This document shows positions 1-64,000 of a DNA stretch of 64,000 nt, one piece after another (the first letter of the stretch is position 1; the number at the start of each line of letters is the position of its first letter). Origin of the DNA: the human T2T-CHM13v2.0 reference genome, Homo sapiens; assembly GCF_009914755.1 (NCBI RefSeq), contig NC_060930.1. One strand, written 5' to 3'. Position numbers and translations under genes: made by a program. The notes under the pieces are model-generated. The model made no database searches, had not been told where the DNA came from, and saw only the letters and a program-made list of their open reading frames with translations.

Positions 1-2367
1 ACAGTTTGTCCTACCAACCCTTCTCTTGGATGTTCCCCAGGAAGAAGATTGATCAGAATCCTTGGGAAACATGGGGTGGGAGCAGTGACGGACTGCAAAT
101 AGGATGGAGGAAATTTGGGGATGGGGTGATGGAAATATTGTAAAACTAGATTGTGGTGATTATTGCATGACTATATAAATTTGCTAAAAATCACTGAATT
201 GTATACTTAAAATAGTTGAATTTTACAGCACATAAATCATCCCTCAATAAAGGGAAGAGTATAGAAAATACATTTATTGGTGGTAATAACTTGTGTATTT
301 ATGTACTATAGGTTTTATGCCTCTTCTTCCAGTTACCAACACTCTTTCATTAGGGGATCAAATCCTCCCATCAAACAAGTGGAGACATGCCCAGTGGAGC
401 AGCTTTGCTGTGAAATTTTGAAAATTGAAAACTCTTCTCCCAGCACCTTCTTTGGCCCTTGGCCCCATTTATGATAAGAATCCTCCACTGTATTATAGTG
501 TTGAATTTTTACCATATTGTGCCCACTAGACTTTTATAAAAATATATTCTAATTGTTCTTCATGCACATTTAACCTTGCTAAATACAGGATGATCTTTGT
601 CCAGTTTCACACCTTACCCCTAAGGTGCAATCATAATTCATACTAATTCCCAAAGTCCTTTGCAGTTTTTTTCAGACTGGATCTGCTAGATTTGAATTAT
701 ATAGGCGGCTCACTCTTACCAAGAGTTGCATTTATATAGGCGAATGTTAACGATCTTTGAAAGATAGAACATAATATACAAAACATTTATATCCTTAAAC
801 AATATTAGCACAGTCCTGTAACTCTTCTTAAACTAGAGTGACTATGAACTTAGTTTCCTAAAACAGATGTTATGGAGGAGCCAGGGTTTGAATCTGAATC
901 TTATGATTCCCTGTCGAGTGCTCTTTTTCCTATTCCGTACTATCTCTCCTGCATTATAATTTAGGGAAGAATGTGCTAAGTGCCATTAAAAAGTCAGATA
1001 AAACAGACGAAAGAGGCATTTCAGATGAGGATGAGGGTGAGATCTGAATTAGATCTCAAAGGGTACAAATGTTTTAAATATGAGGTACTGCATGGTGGAT
1101 GTGAAGAAAGGAGAGCTTTTAGTGGGCAAGGAAAGTGCATTCCCAAAAAAGGAAACAATATGGGGAAAGGCACAGAAGTTTGGGCCCAGAGCATGGAAGG
1201 CAATGAACACTGACTATGGAGTAAGGATTTGAAAACCTGTCCATAAAATATATTTAAGTGAATTATGACACATATCCATGAAATATTATACAGCCTTCAA
1301 AAATCAGAGTTATGAAGACTGGAGATACAGGAAAATAGCTATCAGAAACACTATGAGTTCAGATAACCTACTTAGGATAGTGTGTGAAAGTGCCTTGTAA
1401 ACTGCAAATAACAATTTTTGGAAGGTTTATCATGGGGAGTGAAAAGAGAGGAACCATGATAGCTTTAGAAAAGAAAAGGGTTGCAGGAAGGATATTTTTT
1501 AAAGGCTAGGGTAGGGTTCAATGAAGAGTTATAAAGGAAGGTGTGAGAAGATACAAATGATTGCCGGAGCAAATCCTCAAGGAGATACGATGGGTCAGAG
1601 TCAAGAGGACAAGAGACCAAACAGACCAGAGGAAAAAAGAGGAAAGTGCGTAAGTCCACAGACGGGAGAGGAAACTGCGTCCCCATGCAATCTCCTGTGG
1701 TGAGAGCCAAAGCTTTACTCTGTGAAGGCAGAAGCTGTGGCTATTTCCAACTTTCACTTCTCTCTTCCGTCCCCCTACTACAAGAAGAGAGTGACACTCC
1801 CGGCCATGAGCTCCCTCAACTTACTACACCACGGCTTATGTTTGCCCTGAACATGCCTGTCCTGATTTCAGAGGAAGAGCTGTCCCTGTCCCTAGGCTGT
1901 GCTGTGGAGCCTAGTCTCTCTTTTCTCCTCTGACATCTTGCTTCATCAATGATCCCTCTCTCTCCTTGATCTTCAGTCTCTTCCCTGATCACTTCTCAGC
2001 ATATACATAACTGCTTATGAAATACCTCCACTCAAGATGCTTCACAGCTACCTCAAACTCAGGGTATCTCTCCTTACAAACCAGCTATCCCTCTGGTCTT
2101 CTCTACATCGTTCATCCAGAGCTCTTCTAGGCTTCCTAGACCCTTCTCTCTCCACTCCCACAGCTAACTAATAACCCCATCCTTTCCATGACAACAATAA
2201 TAATAGCTTTTATTTATTCACCACTTCCTTCAGGACCAGATATATACTCTACATATATTTTCATCTCGTATTTATCTAATTTAAGTGCAAAACTAACTTT
2301 AGTGAGATAAAATAGTTTTTCTCTTCCACCTAAGGGGTGTGTGTGTGTATATATATATATTTTTATA

Positions 2368-2400
<33 letters not shown>

Positions 2401-2428
2401 ATTTTTATTTTTTTTTTTTTTGAGATAG

Positions 2429-2644
<216 letters not shown>

Positions 2645-3092
2645 TGATCCACCTGCCTCGACCTCCCAAGGTGCTGGGATTACAGGCGTGAGCCACCGTG
2701 CCCAGCCGTAAGGCATATTTTGATCAATAGCTATACCTCCAGTCCGGTTCTGGGATTTATCAAAAGGATAATATGTATGTTATATACATTTATTTTTCTA
2801 GTGCATCTCACAAAATCAGCTCTCTCTGGCTCCTTTGTTTAAATTCGGAACTAATTCCTCAAAACTATGTGAAAGTGGAAATTATAAGGGTTAGGTCTTA
2901 AGAGACCAGTCCTTTCCTTTCATCTGGGTTTTTCTGTTTTGAGACAGGGTTTCACTCTGTTGCCTAGGCTAGAGTGCGGTGTATGATCATGGCTCACTGC
3001 AGCCTCCTCCTGGGCTCAGGCCGTCCTCCTGCCTTAGCAACCTCCCATCCCCACCCCCTTATACCACACTCCCCTCCCCTGCCACCCAGTAA

Positions 3093-3391
<299 letters not shown>

Positions 3392-3918
3392 TAGCCAGGA
3401 TGGTCTCGATCTCCTGACCTCATGATCCACCCGCCTCGGCCTCCCAAACTGCTGGGATTACAGGCATGAGCCACCGCGCCTGGCCACCCAGGCTCTTTTA
3501 TCTGCGTTATAATTCCAAAGGATTTCAGAGTTGGTGTCTTTTAAAATTTGGTTGGTATTATGAAGAATCTGCCTGCCTGGACAGAAAAAGGATGTCCTGC
3601 AGAGGAAATAAAAAGTTGAAGTGAAATCCATGACTATTTTTGTGCATCATTAAAGGCCTGATAATATGGGAGTGGTATTCTGTGAGAATATTTGGTCAAA
3701 AAACCACTGTATTCTTCTGTTTATGTTAAATAGAATATATTTGATTATTCACAGGAAGAAATTAGAAGAAAAGTAATCACATCTTTGGAATGTAAGACTT
3801 TACCCTTTATACAGATTTTAATATATCATCTGCATGGATTGATTTGGCTAGCATATGTAGTAATGACTCTTCCTGGAGTGGTTGACAAAAATGATTACTG
3901 TTTAATCTTCAGGCTTGT

Positions 3919-62910
<58,992 letters not shown>

Positions 62911-63619
62911 CTGTATTAATAAAAAAGGCATCAATACTTCAAGCAAACATCACAAGCTTCTTCTAAAGGTATTTGCACATTGTTACATAATTCTGCTATT
63001 AGAATATTTCATTACATAGGTAGAATGTGCTTTCTAGTATCTTTCCCCAGCATGTATTTGGCTCCCTTTTAGTAAAACTATGCTAACAGAGTCCCAATAT
63101 TAAACAACAATGTAACAAATAGCTTGTTATTTTAATATTTTGGTTTTTTGGTAAGTCAAATCATGTGACTATAAACTTAGGGATACGTGATAGCATATTT
63201 ATGTATTGATAATTATTTGATGTTTATTAAATCTAGTCTAAACAGCATTAAGATGGTTGTTATTTCAGTCTTTTAACACTGAAGATATATAAAACAGGCA
63301 TATATCTTTGATGTATTTTTATAAATTCCTATTTAGTGGAATCAGATGTCACTGACTATCAAACGTTTAGCACAACACTCATGAAGATATTGGGACATTA
63401 CAATCTTTTATTTTTTAATAAAGGGAGCTAGGCATTTTCATGAAGACAGGAAAGTTGTCATTTACATGCAGGGTGCTGTCAATGTCATTATGAATGACAA
63501 CTGAATCATTTGCATACTGATGTAAGTGGAAGATGCATTAGACTAGAAGTCAGGTTCCTTGGGCTCTTGTCCTGCCTCTGACTGAATTGGTCACGTCCCC
63601 TGGCTGCACTCCTGGCTAG

Positions 63620-63970
<351 letters not shown>

Positions 63971-64000
63971 TGAATTCTGAATACATCTGAGCCTCCTGGA

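Overview
Primate (very likely human, 6p24.3) genomic DNA covering the 3' portion of the cancer/testis gene CAGE1 on the minus strand. Twelve coding exons can be traced by translation and splice phase: 2,325 nt, 774 aa plus stop. The first exons and promoter lie beyond the right edge. The introns are a dense retrotransposition record. They hold three processed pseudogenes (ATP5MC3, RPS3, ACCSL), two of them nested in one minus-strand L1PB fragment, plus a full-length L1PB with target-site duplications (TSDs), a solo LTR12C, several MaLR/MER21 LTRs and about 50 Alus. I see no new protein-coding system. The most notable signals are: an apparent non-canonical GA 5' splice site (AAG|GAAAGT) with a competing canonical GT/AG pair; a ~85-bp young L1 insertion with a putative 3' transduction inside the old L1; a possible antisense exon/donor in the L1PB 5'UTR; asymmetric decay of the LTR12C; a retroposed LTR poly(A)-site fragment; and two tail-less Alus with TSDs. 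Repeat subfamily calls and parent-gene comparisons are from recalled consensus sequences, not from a search.
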